Positions 43,850 through 61,718 of a DNA stretch of 64,000 bases are shown piece after piece; position 1 is the first letter of the stretch; each line of letters starts with the position of its first letter. The notes below the pieces were generated by a model that did not search any database, was not told the DNA's origin, and saw only the letters and a program-made list of their open reading frames with translations. Source of the DNA: Eledone cirrhosa (lineage: Eukaryota); the NCBI GenBank assembly GCA_964016885.1, contig CAXHJY010001446.1:35403-99402 (forward strand), given 5' to 3'. The position numbers were made by a program, and so were the translations under genes.

Positions 43850-43880
<31 letters not shown>

Positions 43881-43998
43881 GTTTATATATTATATATATA
43901 TGTATATATATATGTATATATATATGTATATATATGTATATATATATATGTATATATATATATATGTATATATATGTATATATATATGTATATATATG

Positions 43999-44029
<31 letters not shown>

Positions 44030-44040
44030 GTATATATATG

Positions 44041-44071
<31 letters not shown>

Positions 44072-44126
44072 GTATATATATGTATATATATATGTATATA
44101 TATGTATATATATATGTATATATATG

Positions 44127-44157
<31 letters not shown>

Positions 44158-44179
44158 GTATATATATGTATATATATAT

Positions 44180-44665
44180 ATGGTGGCTGCCAACTCGTTT
44201 TCGAGTACGGCCACTACTTTACATCCATGTAGGATAACCCCTACCGAAGCGCTGAACGAGTGTGACTTTTTAGTCCAGCCAGCGACTTGAAACCTCTGGT
44301 ACAAACACTACACCTGTGACAATCATTGACACATAGTGCTAGGCCCATGGTAGGACAATCATTGACACATAGTGCTGGGCCCATGTGAGGACAAGTGCAG
44401 AGAGATCTCCAGATATAAAGCAATGCCTGTGCCGTGAAGCTTTTATAGTGAGCAAAGGCACTGCACAAAGCCAGTCCCACTCTCTTAACCAAGATGCTAT
44501 TTACCAAAAAGAAGAACAAGTCAACATCATTGGATACCATCAGGGTTGCAGGTGTTATATCAGAGTTTTCCTTCTCCTAGAATTCTGCCTTGACTAAGGC
44601 TAAAGGGGTCATCTCTCCCGGTGATTTTGGATGGCCATTGACTCTTAAGAGCTCCTTTGCCCTTT
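44180..44665 (-). mobile_element. Non-autonomous RTE-derived element (family R), longest copy
   Basis: The minus-strand 5' part has CTAGGAGAAGGAAAACTCTGA, resembling an RTE 5'UTR. The 3' part encodes [20 protein letters not shown], resembling an RTE C-terminal zinc finger. Confidence 0.65.
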
Positions 44666-44843
44666 GTATATATATGTATATATATATATATATACATATA
44701 TATACATACATATATATATACATATATATATATACATATATATACATATAAATAAATATATATATATATACATATATTTACATGTATATATATACATATA
44801 TATATATACATATATATACATATATCTACATATATATATCTAC

Positions 44844-44908
<65 letters not shown>

Positions 44909-45091
44909 CATATATATACATATATATATATATACATATATATATATCTACATATATATACATATATATATATATACATATATATATATCTACATATATA
45001 TACATATATATATATATACATATATACATATATGTATATACATATATATATATATACATATATATACATATCTATATATATATATATATAA

Positions 45092-45138
<47 letters not shown>

Positions 45139-45139
45139 C

Positions 45140-45202
<63 letters not shown>

Positions 45203-45209
<7 letters not shown>

Positions 45210-46095
45210 AAGTTAAATAAAAGTCAAATGATTAAAATTTAGCTTCGTTTATTACTGCTATATATATTTCAGTGACAGCCATCTTTGGCTGTGACCTCTT
45301 CAGGCAGTTTGAATTAGTATGGTATAGACAAGTACATATGTTGTTTAGGTGTATGATATTGTCAATACTCTGATATGCCCAGTTCCTTGTTGGGTTGTTA
45401 ATTCACTGGGGGATGAAGAGAAAACACAAACTGAATACTTCTAAATTGTTAGCAGCAGCAAGATATAAGCTGACTACTACAACAACAACAGTACCAAAAT
45501 AATGGTGGAGGTCAAATGTACTGAACAATAGCAGGCATAAACACTACAGGGAGCCTCACCCCAGAAAGAATTCTATAGACTTCTGACTGAGGAATGCTCT
45601 CAGAACTGAACAATGGGAAGTTTGACACATTTTTTGATATTTTGTTCCTTCAACACCTTGTCCCTTCTACCATTTTATCAATTTTTAAGCTAACTCCAAC
45701 AATGACAACACTAATAACTGACCAATGAGAGGAGAAGGGGACCTGTGACACTAAAATTCGTTTGTTTGAATTCATATGACTCCAGTTCCCCAGTGAATTA
45801 ACAACCCAACAAGGAACTGGGCATATCAGAGTATTGACAATATCATACACCTAAACAACATATGTACTTGTCTATACCATACTAATTCAAACTGCCTGAA
45901 GAGGTCACAGCCAAAGATGGCTGTCACTGAAATATATATAGCAGTAATAAACGAAGCTAAATTTTAATCATTTGACTTTTATTTAACTTTATTTTACACT
46001 ACTCCGGAGTAACCAAACCAACCTGCGCACTTCGTCGAGTGCTCCAGCCTGCATACTGAGGTGTTGGTATACAACCAACATAAACTCAAAATCTC
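45203..46095 (+). mobile_element. Family C element: ~209-bp inverted pLTRs around a ~375-bp spacer, plus tail
   Basis: Arms 45203-45411 / 45788-45996, and a tail with ACTC...GAGTGCT at 46001-46043. Confidence 0.8.
45891..45945 (+). ncRNA. Type-I hammerhead ribozyme motif (mirror copy on minus strand 45254-45308)
   Basis: Identical to 25783-25837. Confidence 0.8.
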
Positions 46096-46340
46096 TATAT
46101 ATATATATATAGATATGTATATATATGTATATATATATATATATGTATATATGTATATATATATATATGTAGATATATATATGTATATATATATATATAT
46201 GTATATGTATATATGTATATATATATATATGTAGATATATATATGTATATATATATATATGTAGATATATGTATATATATACATATATATATATGTAAAT
46301 ATATGTATATATATATTTATTTATATGTATATATATGTAT

Positions 46341-46376
<36 letters not shown>

Positions 46377-46809
46377 GTATGTATATATATATGTATATAT
46401 ATGTATGTATATATATGTATATATGTATATATATATATATGTATATATGTATATATATATATATGTATATATGTATATATATATATATATGTATGTATAT
46501 ATATGTATATATGTATATATGTATATATGTATATATGTATATATATATATATGTATATATGTATATATGTATATATATATGTATATATATATGTATATAT
46601 ATGTATATATATATGTATATATATGTATATATATATATGTATATATATGTATATATATGTATATATATATATGTATATATATGTATATATATGTATATAT
46701 ATATATGTATATATATGTATATATATATATGTATATATATATGTATATATATGTATATATATATATATGTATATATATGTATATATATATATATGTATAT
46801 ATATATATG

Positions 46810-46856
<47 letters not shown>

Positions 46857-47095
46857 GTATATATATATATGTATATATATATATATGTATATATATATAT
46901 GTATATATATATATGTATATATATGTATATATATGTATATATATATATGTATATATATGTATATATATGTATATATATATATGTATATATATGTATATAT
47001 GTATGTATATATATATGTATATATATGTATATATGTATGTGTATATATATGTATATATGTATGTATATATATATGTATATATGTATATATGTATG

Positions 47096-47127
<32 letters not shown>

Positions 47128-47398
47128 TATATATATGTGTGTATATATATATGTATATATATGTGTGTATATATATGTATATATATATATATATGTGTAT
47201 ATATATGTATATATATATATATATGTGTATATATATGTATGTATATATATATGTATATATGTATGTATATATATATGTATGTATATATATATATGTATAT
47301 ATATATGTATGTATATATATATATGTATATATATATGTATGTATATATGTATGTATATATATATGTATGTATATATATATATGTATATATATATGTAT

Positions 47399-47439
<41 letters not shown>

Positions 47440-47450
47440 TATATATGTAT
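46096..47450. repeat. (TA)n/TATG compound microsatellite
   Basis: Directly visible, with almost only G interruptions. Confidence 0.95.
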
Positions 47451-48980
47451 ATTGGGTACGTAAAGATAGACCCTCTAACTTTGACATAACAATGGGCTCT
47501 AACGATTCGGCGGAAATAACTGATATTGTGGGGTTATTTATCGCCTTTAGACTCCAGGAAAAATTCAGCAATCTCCACGGCGGAATATACCGCGACGATG
47601 TTCTCCTCCTACTTAAAAACCTAAATAACCAAAAACTAGAAAAACTACGCAAAGATATAAGAAAACTACTACTCGAAATAGGACTAACTATAACATATGA
47701 ATACAACCTTAAAGTAGTTAACTTCCTGGATGTCACACCCAATTTAAACTCTGGTTTGATTAAACCGTTTCATAAATTGAATGAAAATCTCAAATACGTA
47801 AATGTTGGGTCTAACCACCCCATCTCTATAATTAAATCTATCCCTAAAAATATTTCTCTTAGAATCTCGGGTCTATCTTCTAACATACAAGTATTTAAGG
47901 AACACGCCGAGTACTACGATAATGCCCTTAGTAAACAGGCTACCTCAACAAAATGGAGTATATAGATGGGAACAATCAAAACACCCAAAATAAATCCCAC
48001 ATAGGTAGATATAATAACACAACACCAAACCACACTTACTACCATAGTATGCACACCAGTAAACCAACAAACAAAACTAATAGAAAGCGATGCAAAGAGT
48101 ACTTATGGTATAACCCCGAATACAATAGTTCCATTAGTACAAATTTACCAGTACTCTTTAAAATAATTAAGAGACATTTTCCTACATCACACAAATACCA
48201 CAAAATCCTAAACCCTACCACTATAAGACTGTCATATTCTACAGCGTTAAACCTTGAACAACACATAAAAAAGATCAATACTAGAAGGTTAAACGAAAAC
48301 ACTAAGAACTTAAGTACAAAGAACACAAAAAAAACAGTAGACAATACACTACAGAACATAAATAAACCACACCTAAGTTCGTCCGCAATACTACTCCAGA
48401 GAAAACCCAACGTACACAACTGTAACTGCACCTATCCTGACAACTGCCCCCTCGGCAATAACTGCCTTGAAAAAAATATTATTTATAAGTGTACCATTAA
48501 ATCCGGAGGCAACGAGTGGTATTACGTGGGATCAACGGCAACATCGTTTAAATCTCGATTATATAGGCATTCTTACTCAATAAAACACCAGAGCCAAAGA
48601 AATGTAACAACTTTAGCAGAAAAAGCTTGGACGCTCAGAGATAGCGATCAAAAGTTTACCCTAAAATGGGAGAAATTAGCTAAAACCCAAAGCTTTTCCA
48701 GGAGCCAAAATTTCTGCAAATTGTGTAATCTTGAGATTTATTACATAATCACACACAAGAAGAAATTGCTGAATAACAGAATTGAACGAACATTATTCTG
48801 CCGTCACAGAACTAAAACCCTTTTTTCCCACTACAAGCCGAATATTACATAAAAGAGGGACATCCCCCCAACTATATAAACCTCAATCTAGTTAGAAAAA
48901 TATAAAAACAATCTTTTCTCAACATATATTAATAACCTTAAATTACCACACTAATAATGGAAAGATATGCTGATGAGAAT
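47451..48980 (+). mobile_element. 5'-truncated Penelope-like element (Nematis-like): RT C-half plus GIY-YIG endonuclease
   Basis: FDITMGS, GIYRDD, NFLDVT, SNHP; frameshift at ~47935; WYNPEY, RLSYS, CNC...CPL..NCL, IIYKC...YYVGST..FKSR..RH, CKLCNLE, LLN...CRH; stop at 48852. CTGATGA at 48970 without an intact partner. The clade call is from remembered motifs. Confidence 0.9.
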
Positions 48981-49122
48981 AGGTGCAAATATGCGATAAT
49001 GAATGTGTCTAAAAACGTCCATAAGTATGTATATATATGTGAAAATGTATATAAATAAGTAAATATATATATATGTTTGATGTGTATAGTTAGATGTAAG
49101 TGTATTCATGTATTAAAGTGCT

Positions 49123-49192
<70 letters not shown>

Positions 49193-49529
49193 TATAGATG
49201 TGTATGTATATGTATATATGTACACATAGACTAGATTATGTATGTATATATGTGTGTGTCTATACGTGTGTATATAAAGATAAGTTGAGTATGAAAATGT
49301 ATACACATGAACGCGTATGTATGTACATGAATACATGTGTGTATATATATATGTATGCATGTGTATATGTATGTAAGTATGAACATGTTACTATGTGAAT
49401 GTGAGTATATGTATTTTGTAGAGGTGTGCAAATATATTTGTGTGTGAATGCGTGGGTGAAAGGATACGTACACTTGAAAGAAAAAATTAAGTCTGAATGT
49501 TAATTAAGTGCAAATACAAAACCTTTACT

Positions 49530-49729
49530 ATCTCTCTGCACTTGTCCTCACATGGTACCATGGGCCCAGCACTATGTGTCAATAATTGTCACAAGTGTAG
49601 TGTTTGTACCAGAGGTTTCAAGTCGCTGGCTGGACTAAAAAGTCACACTCGTTCAGCGCTTCGGTAGGGGTTCTCCTACATGGAAATAAAGTAGTGGCCG
49701 TACTCGAAAACGAGTTGGCAGACACCATA
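49530..49729 (+). mobile_element. Family R element, 5'-truncated copy
   Basis: Reverse complement of 44180-44405. Confidence 0.75.
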
Positions 49730-52320
<2,591 letters not shown>

Positions 52321-53805
52321 TTATATTAATAAAAGGAATTCCAACTTTGTCTGATTTATTCGTTTTATTTACAATCCTTTAAAATTTATAATGAAATAGT
52401 ATGATAGAATATTAAATGTTAAGTGTTAATTGAACAAGTACTTTCATGCTTTCGCAATCTTCAGGTTCATAATGTGTGGTGACAGTCAAGTTTGCAATTT
52501 TCAACTGTAATGAGATGGGTAAATTTTATACCTTATATACAGTGAAAAAACGACACCACCATTACCACGGATATATATTATAAACACACAGACACCCATC
52601 AATATCTAAATTTTAAGTCGTGCCATCCACCTCATACAAAACGAAACATCCCATACTGCCTAGCCAGAAGAATTTGTACCATTGTAGAATATACGAATAC
52701 CAGGTACAAACGCCTAACAGAACTAAGAGAATTTTTGCTCAAACAAAAATACCCATCTCTACTTATAGAAAATGGCATACAGCGGGCTATAAAAATACCT
52801 ATACAACAACTTAGGACAACCCAAGGAAGAAGAAACCAAGAACTGGTCATACCATTTATAATGACACACAACCCATGTCACCAGAATATCTTCAATACTG
52901 CCAAAGCAAACCTACCGATCATTGCTCAAAGTAACGAATTAAAAGGCTTAATCACAGATCGATCTTTGACTCTTAGTAAAAGACAGCCGAAAAATTTGAA
53001 GCAATTACTAATAAAAGCTAAGTTTGACCTTAACAACAAAGACCAATCATTTACTGTATCTAAATGCAATGATAGTCGATGCGGCACATGTCAATCCATA
53101 CACGCCGGTCAATATATGAAAACAAAAACTGGAAAATAATTCCCAAATGCAAATATGAACTGCAAAAGCAGAAATCTATTTTACTGTATTAAATGCCCGA
53201 ATTGTGAAGACCTATATGTCGGTCAAACTGGAAATGCACTATCGGAACGTGCACGGGTACACCGACAATGAACAATAATAATGGGAACAATTTCTCCTTA
53301 TATGACTATGCCTACGACCACTAACAACAACAACAACAATAATAATAATAATAAAAGTGATGTTGATAGTGATGATTACTAGAAAATGCTATTTTCATCA
53401 TTTCTAAAAATAGCAAAATAATTGATGCTTTGGATAGGATCAATTAGTGGTCGTTAGACATGCTCAACCAACCGTGACGCCTAAACCAATCAGCTTTAGT
53501 AATTCAGTGAAACTACACACCGATTGGTCAAAATACAGTTTGCAAGATTTAGCATTCTGGAGCCACTTTTCACTGTATATAAGGTACAAAATTTATCCAT
53601 CTCATTACAGTTGCAAATTGCAAACTTGACTGTCACCACACATTATGAACCTGAAGATTGCGAAAGCATGAAAGTACTTGTTCAATTAACACTTAACATT
53701 TAATATTCTATCATACTATTTCATTATAATACCATTATAAATTTTAAAGGATTGTAAATAAAACGAGTAAATCAGACAAAGTTGGAATTCCTTTTATTAA
53801 TATAA
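52321..53805 (+). mobile_element. 5'-truncated Penelope-like element (Neptune-like) with inverted pLTRs
   Basis: Frame from 52561 reads TDIYYKHTDTHQYLNFKSCHP..KRNIPYCLARRI, IPFIMTHNP, RQPKNLKQLL, CNDSRCGTC, then after a shift CKSRNLFYCIKCPNC..YVGQTGNALSER..VHR. Inverted arms 52321-52548 / 53567-53805. Confidence 0.9.
53646..53684 (+). ncRNA. Minimal type-I hammerhead in the PLE pLTR (mirror copy on minus strand 52431-52469)
   Basis: tgaac-CTGAAGA-t tgc gaaa gca t-GAAA-gtac-TT-gttca. Palindromic stem III, CUU site. Confidence 0.7.
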
Positions 53806-53829
53806 TCTTCTATACACAATCATACACAC

Positions 53830-54566
<737 letters not shown>

Positions 54567-55837
54567 CGGTAAAAATCAAGACATGATCCAAGACACACAC
54601 AAACAAATCTAGAAACGAGAATAGTTTGAAGTTTCCCTGAATAAACATTCTAAACATTCTGCTTTAAACTGCACTGGAAACCAATAGTGGATCTATTCTT
54701 GGCTTCACTCCGATATGTATTCAATTTGAAAATGTTTACTTTAATTGGGATATTATCTACCATGTGTATATACTGGAAATACATACATACGTGTGTGTGT
54801 ATATATATACATACGTATATACATATCACACACCCACATACACACAGACATATATACATGCATATATATATATATGCATACACACACACACCCATATATA
54901 TATATATACACACACACATACATTCATATGTATATATATATACTTATTTACTACAGAGTTTTATATATATTGTTGTATATATTCATGTATTAGTGTATAT
55001 TTATATGTTATTATTGTGTGGTTCGTTGGTCATGTTTAGCGTCCGTGGGTATTTGTGGATTTCAGTATATACAAATACTCGTTTGTGTTGATTAGAAAAC
55101 TTTCTTGTGTATATTTACACACACTCACACACACACACATATATGTGTGTGTGTGTCGGACGCTCCCGGCGATTTAGACGTATGAAGTTTTATAGTCTTC
55201 TAAGTTAGAAGAGAGAGAGAGGAGAAATTGAAAAATTGACCTCACGTCAGTAGAAACAAAATTAGGTTTATCAAATTAGATATATAGAATCACAATATCC
55301 GTAGAAAATGCAGACAGTTACACAGGGCAAACGACAGACGCATCTTTCCCCCTGCAGTCACCTTCATTCGGTGCACTTTCATGCATTGGGGTGGTTCTGC
55401 ACTTGTCATGCCAGTTTGTACAACAGATCGAATGATCGACCTGTCAGTGGGTTGCATGTAAGACAATAGTGAATCGACAAAACCCCAACACAGGAATATC
55501 TACGGTATCTCTCTCTCTCTCTCTGCCTACATATGCACATATTTTGGCCTGTTTCTGTAATTTGATCCCTCATCTGATCCTTCTTTCATTCCACTCTATA
55601 TTTCAGCTTTGTCTCCCTTCCAATTAATTATACGAACAGTTGCTTTCATCACCTCCTAAATAGTTTTTTTCCTTCCCTTGAAATAATCTTCATGAATAGA
55701 TTTCCTATCCAATTTAAACAAACCGCATATATATATATATATATATATATAAGTATTGAAGTTTCCGTTGAAAATTGAAAAAGTCATAGGAGTGAAGAGT
55801 GCTCTATGTAAGTTACAGGGCTAAATTTAATGTATAC

Positions 55838-55889
<52 letters not shown>

Positions 55890-56668
55890 AACTTTAGTAT
55901 CAATAATTAATGTGTGTATAAGTATTTATTTATTTATTTCTAACTCTCTTTCCACACACACACCTATATATAGAGAGAGAGTGAGAGAGGGGGGTGGCTG
56001 AAAATAGATGACTAGCTTAGTAGAAAAATAGATAGAACACGGAGACAAATTTCATGGGAGGACAATCAACGCTTTGTTGTGTTTGGACAGCCTGAAGTGG
56101 TACGGCGCGGGTGATAAACAAATAGAACCACTGTTACAGATAATACACGGATTAATTATAGGAATGGTTTGGAGATTCTGCTTAAAAAATGCTTGAAGGC
56201 AAAGTAAAGAGAGGAAAGTTAATAGAAAGTACTAATGCCATGTTAAGATATAATAAGTAGAAGTGTGTTAGTCCAGACACGGAATTTCTAAGGGAATTGA
56301 TAATCTAGAGAGAGAGAGTAAATTAATAAGAGAAGTGAATATTGTAGATGTAAAGATTGTCTTCAACAAAGCCCCCCCCCCTCTAAAAAAGCAATGTGTT
56401 TCAATACTCTATCTGAATAAGTTTAGTTCTAGTTCAATTATTCTCAACTTAAGACTAAAAAAATGTTAAATACTTCTTCCCCCACCCCCACTTATTCCCG
56501 ATAGGGGGAGGGGGGCGTCAGCTAAAAAGACTTGGCTTACAGCCGTTGTTTTCTTATTTTCAAGCCAGAGAAAAATTAGATTTACCATGAATACTGAATA
56601 CAACTAATCAAAAGCTTCTTTCACCCTCGCTAAAAAAAGAAAACAAAAGAACTGTTATATATTTACAG

Positions 56669-56905
56669 TACAAGGGTCTGTTGAAAAGTTCATAGGCTGA
56701 CCAAGATACTCTCATGGAATGAGCAAATGAGATTGCAGCCGACCCTTAGCGATCAAAACATTTATGGGCAAAAACCAACCGACAGGAATCCCAGAGGTAG
56801 ACCAGGAGTAAAATAATTGGTGATGATATCCATAATCACAGTCTCGCTTGGATCATTCAATGACAGTTGTTTCCGATATGATCGAACCTCTGGAAGACCT
56901 AGTTG
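56669..56905. mobile_element. Decayed mariner-type MITE
   Basis: TACAAGGGTCTGTTGAAAAGTTC start. CTCATGGAATGAGCAAATGAGATTG is imperfectly inverted at ~56839-56864. Confidence 0.4.
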
Positions 56906-57144
56906 AGGATCCTGTCCACATCAGAAACTATTAAAAACATGCAATGAGTTAGAACACAATAAGCAATTGCAGTATATATAGAGGTTGTCAATTAATCACA
57001 TTTCTTTGGCTCCCTAGTTTTAGCAAAGAGAGTATACACATATATTCGTAACATCGTAGTGGCTTTCAACACAGTGGGGTTTACATCAGCATTTTGAAAT
57101 AGCAACTGATAGAGGTTGTGTAATTATATAGAGGTAAAAGGTCT

Positions 57145-57465
57145 GAGAGCATGACAAAGCGATAAGGGATCAAAGCTGGACATTGTCCTCAAAGACTAGC
57201 AGGAAAGTGCCTCCCAGTTGACGTATCTGTCCCAACAAACGATAATGAATCTCCAAAAGAAACGTAAAAGATTATCTAAATATCTAAACTATCACGAGAA
57301 AGAATCACGCCTATTGTGGGTGTTGACAGCATTAATCACTGTGATAAAAGGAGTTTGAAAAGGATTTTATGACATAAAACCAAATATATAACAAAACCCT
57401 TATGAAGGAAACATTTAAACATCATAGAAGTAATAGCATTTCTAGACATGGGACATTAGAGTAGT
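57145..57465 (+). pseudogene. Decayed R4/Dong-like LINE restriction-like endonuclease fragment
   Basis: Across frameshifts it reads DKAI..LDIVLKD..KCLPVDVSVPTNDNESPKET*K.LSKY..PIV..IKG..IAFL, resembling the PD..D...K..KY RLE domain. Confidence 0.55.
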
Positions 57466-57683
57466 TTAAAAAAATAAAAATAACAAATACACAAAGAAAC
57501 AAACAATAAAAACATTACATGGGATAATAGTTTAATTTGTTGTCAGAAATAGGAGAAGTCTGGTGTTTCCTTCCGTACCCTTCATTCCGCCCCCTCCCCC
57601 AAGAAGGACCTTGCACTAAACAACAAAATTATCTACATCTTCACAACAACTAACGTATTATATACATTAATTAATCATGGAAA

Positions 57684-57905
57684 AGGCGGCGAATTGGCAG
57701 AATCGTTAGAACATCTGATAGAATGTGTTGTGGTATTGGTTTCACCTTTCTGTTATCTCTCAATTCGAATCTTGCCGAGATCAACTCTATCTTTTATCCT
57801 TTTGAGGTCGATAAAGAAGTTATCAGTCGCTGCGGTGAGAGCAGAGAACCGAAACGAAACCGAGAAATATTCTATCCGACTTTCTAACGACTCTGTTAAT
57901 CCACC
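57684..57905. mobile_element. Diverged Nin/Deu-like SINE plus an inverted SINE head
   Basis: GGCGGCGAATTGGCAGAATCGTTAGA ... TCTAACGACTCTGTTAATCCACCACC. Confidence 0.55.
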
Positions 57906-58156
57906 ACCCTTGCTGATTATACTCTAGTTAACTTTGTGCTTTTCGATTTTTTCATTTACTCACTGATTTTTAATTAAGACTAGAAAGTAATTTGTAAGTA
58001 TAAAATTGATGAAAGGAATTAGTCAACAAATTTCAATTAAAATATGATTTTTTTTTTTAATCAACAAACAAAAACGAAAGAAAAATGAACTGAAGTAAAG
58101 AGATGGAGAGTGTAGCTGAATCTAGGCTAGACTTGGTGGTATATCAACAGAATAGA

Positions 58157-58274
58157 CAAGTTTAATATAGAGTCCTGTAGAAGTCATTTCTATATTAAAC
58201 TTGATGTTTACACTCTACTAATGTATTGAGTACTTTACTAACTGTGGTTACTCCCGATTGAACCCGGGACTCTC
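58157..58274 (+). mobile_element. Family B element with short 5' inversion and tail
   Basis: CAAGTTTAATATAG is inverted to CTATATTAAACTTG, and the tail matches 19431-19495. Confidence 0.65.
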
Positions 58275-58367
58275 TCACTCATACACACACCTCTCTCTCT
58301 CTATATATATATATATATAATGTATGTATACACACACACACACATACACACACATATATATGTATGT

Positions 58368-58417
<50 letters not shown>

Positions 58418-58829
58418 GCCAGTTTCTTCTCGTATTTTCTTTCCGTAATGTTACTCTCATTGTTTTGCTACAGGCATTGCAATGCAGAAAGATTATATTA
58501 CCATTAACGATTACTGATTAATATTGATTTCTACACTCTAGCCTTTATATTCACGTTTCCCCTCTATCTCTCTAAAATCCACCTCATCAGAAGACTTTTA
58601 TAACAAGTGTTAAATTCTCATCCCTTAAACGTTTCCCCTGTCTTCTCCGATGACGGGTAGAGACCGGATATTTGCATAGTCCCTACATAATTATGCGACC
58701 TAATGATATTTATTCAATTTTTTGTTGTGGACGTAAATCTCTTCTAGCTTTCATTTGATTAGTTTTGTCATGAACAAATAGATAAAAGACGTTCCAGTCA
58801 CGACTACACCTACTTATTATTGGTATCTA

Positions 58830-58970
58830 ATTGGCGGAGTCGTTAGAACGTCAGTGCTTTGCGATATTCGATCCTTCATTCTGCTCTCTGAATTCAAATC
58901 GTGGCGAGATCGTCTTTGACTCCATTCAAAGTCAATAAAAAAGTACCAGTCTAATACTGGGGTTGATTCT
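58830..58970 (+). mobile_element. Diverged Nin/Deu-like SINE
   Basis: TTGGCGGAGTCGTTAGAACG...CTGAATTCAAATC...AAGTACCAGTC. Confidence 0.55.
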
Positions 58971-59486
58971 TTCTCTATATCTCTTTCTCACCACCACCAC
59001 CCTCTCTCTCTTTATTTGTCTATCTATCTCGCTAGCTCACATACTATCTTTCTCTGGAACAATCTGCTGTGTTCAGACCTGGAGAGGGATGAGCCCCGCC
59101 AGGTTTTAAAAAAATACCCTAGACACGCTATAAACCACAACGGAGCCCCTCCGTCTTCAGGAGTTTCGGGGCCATGTGTGCCATGTATACACTACTATGT
59201 CATCCATGATGTCACTTTCTTTTTTTAAGAAGGTAAGAGACGACTTAGATGTCATATGCAATTTATCTTTGGATGTCTAACCAGAAAGCTTTTAACTACT
59301 AAATAATCAATAAAAGAGAAACACTAAACTATGCACATATCATTTCTAAGATTCTATTGTTTGTTACTTTTCTGAAAATAACGGAAACAGCAAGATAACA
59401 TTCTTAACTTTCATGACAACTCACCCCAGGAAACATTATATTATGGAACTTTAGTATTGAAATTCACGAAACTAAAATAAAAACTG

Positions 59487-59550
<64 letters not shown>

Positions 59551-59991
59551 ACACATATTATTAGTAAATGTTTCATCTTTAAACTACTAATAATAAATAT
59601 TTGCTCTATGGGTTTATATATATATATATCCTTATCGAGCCCTCCAGATTTATATTATATATAGAAATATCTTGACCCAGCGGGCAATAGCCGCTCACTA
59701 ATAGCAGAGAAAAACCAAGGGTCAAGTACTGGTGTCAGGAAGGTTTCGAGAGAGATGACTGCAAGTGGTGTTTTACACAATTGTCTCAACTATTATATTT
59801 AGTGGTCAATTATTATTATGGTTCTTTGTGTTCGGTCGCCCAGAGTTCAAATTTCAAAATTTCCTATTGTTTAAGTCATCCACTATATCCATCCACCTCT
59901 CTCTACACACACACATTCGTACTCACACACTCATATTGATACAAGCCAATACCTCTTGGCGCCGCGTTCGGGATTTTACATATCCCTGATT

Positions 59992-60029
<38 letters not shown>

Positions 60030-60668
60030 TTTGTATATATTCACATATGTGTGTGTATGTCTCTCTCTCTCTCTCTATTATATATATATATATAATAGTG
60101 AGAAAAAGAGGAAAAAATTAGTATTAACAAACAATTGTCGGACATCGAATAGACCCCAAATTGTTGTAATCAATAGGAAGGAAGCCAACCTACTTCACCC
60201 TGGCAGACAAATATTAGCCCTTATTGATTCTCTTACAAATTTTGGGCCGCAGAAACGGCGCCATCATAGAAAATAACGAAACTGAATGAATGGGAAGGTG
60301 AAACCTATTGAATCAATGAAGCATACACGTCTACAGGATTGACCGGAAACAGCCAAACAACTACGAAATTGTACGAAATAATATGTTACACAAAAACTTT
60401 CCAATAATATAATTCAAAAGTCATCCAGAAATACACAGAGGTGTGATTATATGAACACAGTTATGAAAGTGTTTATATGAATATGAATATGACTTCGTTT
60501 GTCTGTGAGTAATTAAAATATAGAGTAATTAATACATAAAAAGGGGGAGGGTGTATATTGTATTAGAAGCTGAACCGTCTTGAATTGTACCGTCTATGTT
60601 GTGATTCGAGTTACTTCACATTTCATGTTCGTATGTATTCGTGTGTGTATGTGAATGTATGTTTATAT

Positions 60669-60700
<32 letters not shown>

Positions 60701-60725
60701 CCTAAGTTTTCAAGGACTAATATTC

Positions 60726-60783
<58 letters not shown>

Positions 60784-61718
60784 CGTATAAACGCCTGCAG
60801 ATTAGGTCACAATTTTGATTGCTCTTATATACTGGAGATATGGTGGGATTTGAACTGAAGCTGTAGTATGTGGTAGCTAAATAAATGTTGATTCCACAAA
60901 TCCAGTGCAGGGGAGAAACTGGAAAGGTGTATTTGTGCATGCAGCGTGTTTGAGATAGCTTTGTTCCCGACTCTAACATCTTTGTTCTGAAGGGCTTTAC
61001 TGTAGTTAAACAGCAACATCAATAAAAGGAACAATACAACTACGACCACTGCCACCAACATATAAATACGATATAACAGAAAAGAAATCCGAAGCTTTTC
61101 TCGCTACAATTCCAACTATCCAAAAGAATCACAAAAGGATGCCATTGTATATATGTTTATATTGTGCTGTCACTTTATTTACTCTTCCAGTTCTTAGTAA
61201 TAATAGGTTTAACCAAGTATTGTTAAATTTAGGTTTACCCATATTCATGGCATACGTTTTCATCTGACCTTTTTTCTGCATGTTAAGTCACGGGTCCTAC
61301 CAATTGAAATCTTGCGGAAGTCTGTTTGTATTCATTTTATGCCATTGTGAATTACATTGTGTGTTGTTGTCTGTTAGGTAGCAAGAAATAACAGGTAGAT
61401 AATTGACAGAAGATTCTCTACTCAGAAGTGAAGCGAAATGAAAATTGATTCCAAAGGATTTTCAACTCATAATTTTATCATGATCCGACATTCAATTTGG
61501 TAATTTTGTCAGAATATAAAGAAGCCGTGTTTTGTATTCCTGTTAACGCCATACACCGACATCAGATAACTCAGTCGGATTGGTTACAGCTGTAGTAGAA
61601 ACACGTAGGTTTAGCAGGTAATCTATAAGGTGCAACCACATAGGAGGATTTGGGCCGTTTTAATAATAGGGGACCTCATTTCTATGATTTCAAGAAATTT
61701 TTTCCGATGAAAGCCACG

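Noticed and set aside
55358-55457. Candidate exon (CCCTGCAG...CAT|GTAAG)
   Set aside because: No recognisable protein in any frame; unsupported.
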